Source: an uncultured Chthonomonadaceae bacterium (GTDB lineage: Bacteria; Armatimonadota; Chthonomonadetes; Chthonomonadales; CAJBBX01). From it: 64,000 bases of DNA. Below, piece after piece: positions 62,978-64,000 of this stretch (within the stretch, counting starts at the first letter, position 1; the number at the start of each line of letters is the position of its first letter). A model generated the notes under the pieces. It saw only the letters and a list, made by a program, of their open reading frames with translations. It did no database searches and was not told the DNA's origin. Both the position numbers and the translations under genes were made by a program. The stretch is taken from positions 266 through 64,265 of the forward strand of contig CAYSDM010000024.1 in NCBI GenBank assembly GCA_964429855.1, given 5' to 3'.

Positions 62978-64000
62978 CTAATCCCGCGTCGGCGCTTTCA
63001 CCCGCTCCAGCAGCAGTTTAATGATCCGATCCGAATCCATGCCTTCGGCTTCTGCATTGAAGTTGGTGATGATTCGATGACGCAGCACCGGCAGGGCGAC
63101 CTCGGCGACATCGCGGGTCGTGGCGTCGTGGCGTCCATAGAGCGCGGCGCGCGCTTTCGCCCCCAGCACCAGATACTGCGAGGCGCGCGGTCCGGCGCCC
63201 CAGCTTACGTACTCTTTGATGAAGTCCGGCGCTTCCGATTCGGTCGGGCGCGTGGCGCGGGCAAGCTCCATCGCATACTGCAGCACATGATCCGTCGCGA
63301 TGATGCGCCGAACGGTCTCCTGCAGGGCGATGATATCCTCCGCATGCAGCGTCTCCGAAACCTCGGATTTGAGCGCGCCGGTCGTGGCGCGAAGGATGCC
63401 CATCTCCTCCTCCGCGCTGGGATAGCGCACCGAGATCATAAACATGAAGCGATCCAGTTGCGCCTCCGGGAGTGGATAGGTTCCCTCCTGCTCGATGGGA
63501 TTCTGAGTCGCCAGCACGAAGAAGGGCGCGGGAAGCGGATAGGAGTGTCCTGCCGCCGTGACATGATGCTCCTGCATCGCCTCCAGCAGAGCCGCCTGCG
63601 TCTTCGGGGGCGTGCGGTTAATCTCGTCGGCGAGGATCATATTGGCGAAGATCGGTCCGCGGGCAAACACAAAGGTGCGCTCGCGGGTCACCTTATCTTC
63701 CTGAATGATCTCCGTTCCGGTGATGTCGGCAGGCATCAGGTCGGGGGTGAACTGAATGCGTTTGAAGGAGAGGGAGAGCGTTCGCGCCAGCGTGCTGACC
63801 AGCAGCGTCTTTGCCAGCCCCGGCACGCCCACCAGCACGCAGTGACCGCGCGCAAAGATGGCGATCATTAACTCCTCGATCACCTCATGCTGCCCGATGA
63901 CCACGCGCCCGATCTGCGTTCGGATATTTTCGTAGGCGTCATGCAGCCTCTGCAGCGCCTGTTCGTCAGGATGCTCCCGGGACGCGGCAGTATCCGGGTT
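62978..64000 (-). CDS. MoxR-family AAA+ ATPase (5' end beyond window)
   Basis: Walker A GVPGLAKT, Walker B LADEINR, VLATQNPIEQEGTYPLPEAQLDRF. The minus-strand frame stays open with no ATG from 63904 to the window edge (..DAYENIRTQIGRVVIGQHEV), so the track's GTG 63904 start is probably internal. Confidence 0.9.
   Translation of the reverse strand, partial: NPDTAASREHPDEQALQRLHDAYENIRTQIGRVVIGQHEVIEELMIAIFARGHCVLVGVPGLAKTLLVSTLARTLSLSFKRIQFTPDLMPADITGTEIIQEDKVTRERTFVFARGPIFANMILADEINRTPPKTQAALLEAMQEHHVTAAGHSYPLPAPFFVLATQNPIEQEGTYPLPEAQLDRFMFMISVRYPSAEEEMGILRATTGALKSEVSETLHAEDIIALQETVRRIIATDHVLQYAMELARATRPTESEAPDFIKEYVSWGAGPRASQYLVLGAKARAALYGRHDATTRDVAEVALPVLRHRIITNFNAEAEGMDSDRIIKLLLERVKAPTRD

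Noticed and set aside
62978-64000. MoxR as the missing ATPase partner of the vWA protein at 22.9 kb
   Set aside because: It is about 29 kb away, on the opposite strand, and separated by many housekeeping operons. There is no evidence of linkage.

Overview
High-GC bacterial chromosomal window, about 90% coding, mostly on the + strand. I found no rRNA, tRNA, CRISPR array, transposase or integrase. Most genes are recognisable core functions. These include maf, rimI-tsaD, an amidase-GerMN-murI cell-wall operon, and central carbon genes (maeB, gnd, zwf, eno, pyk). There is also an FHA / PP2C / Ser-Thr kinase / HEAT-repeat signalling operon, a PSCyt-DUF1549/DUF1553 + DUF1501 pair, a heterodimeric ABC exporter, and a 5'-truncated MoxR ATPase at the right edge. 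The stand-out region is a co-directional, tightly spaced eight-gene cluster of about 13 kb (about 21.4-34.5 kb), preceded by an AT-rich 340 bp spacer. In order it encodes: a double zinc-ribbon beta-propeller protein; a vWA (MIDAS) membrane protein; a small polytopic membrane protein; a 1064-aa tubulin/FtsZ-like GTPase with the GGGTGSG signature and a C-terminal zinc ribbon; two tandem membrane-anchored trypsin-like proteases, the second lacking the catalytic His; a zinc-ribbon-fused Hsp70-like ATPase; and a single-pass receptor-like coiled-coil protein. I do not recognise this combination as a named system. I propose it as a candidate novel membrane-associated NTPase / protease system, either conflict/defence or envelope remodelling. 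Every call comes from reading motifs in the supplied translations and hairpins or promoter-like hexamers in the DNA. No database search was run, so family names are motif-based inferences.
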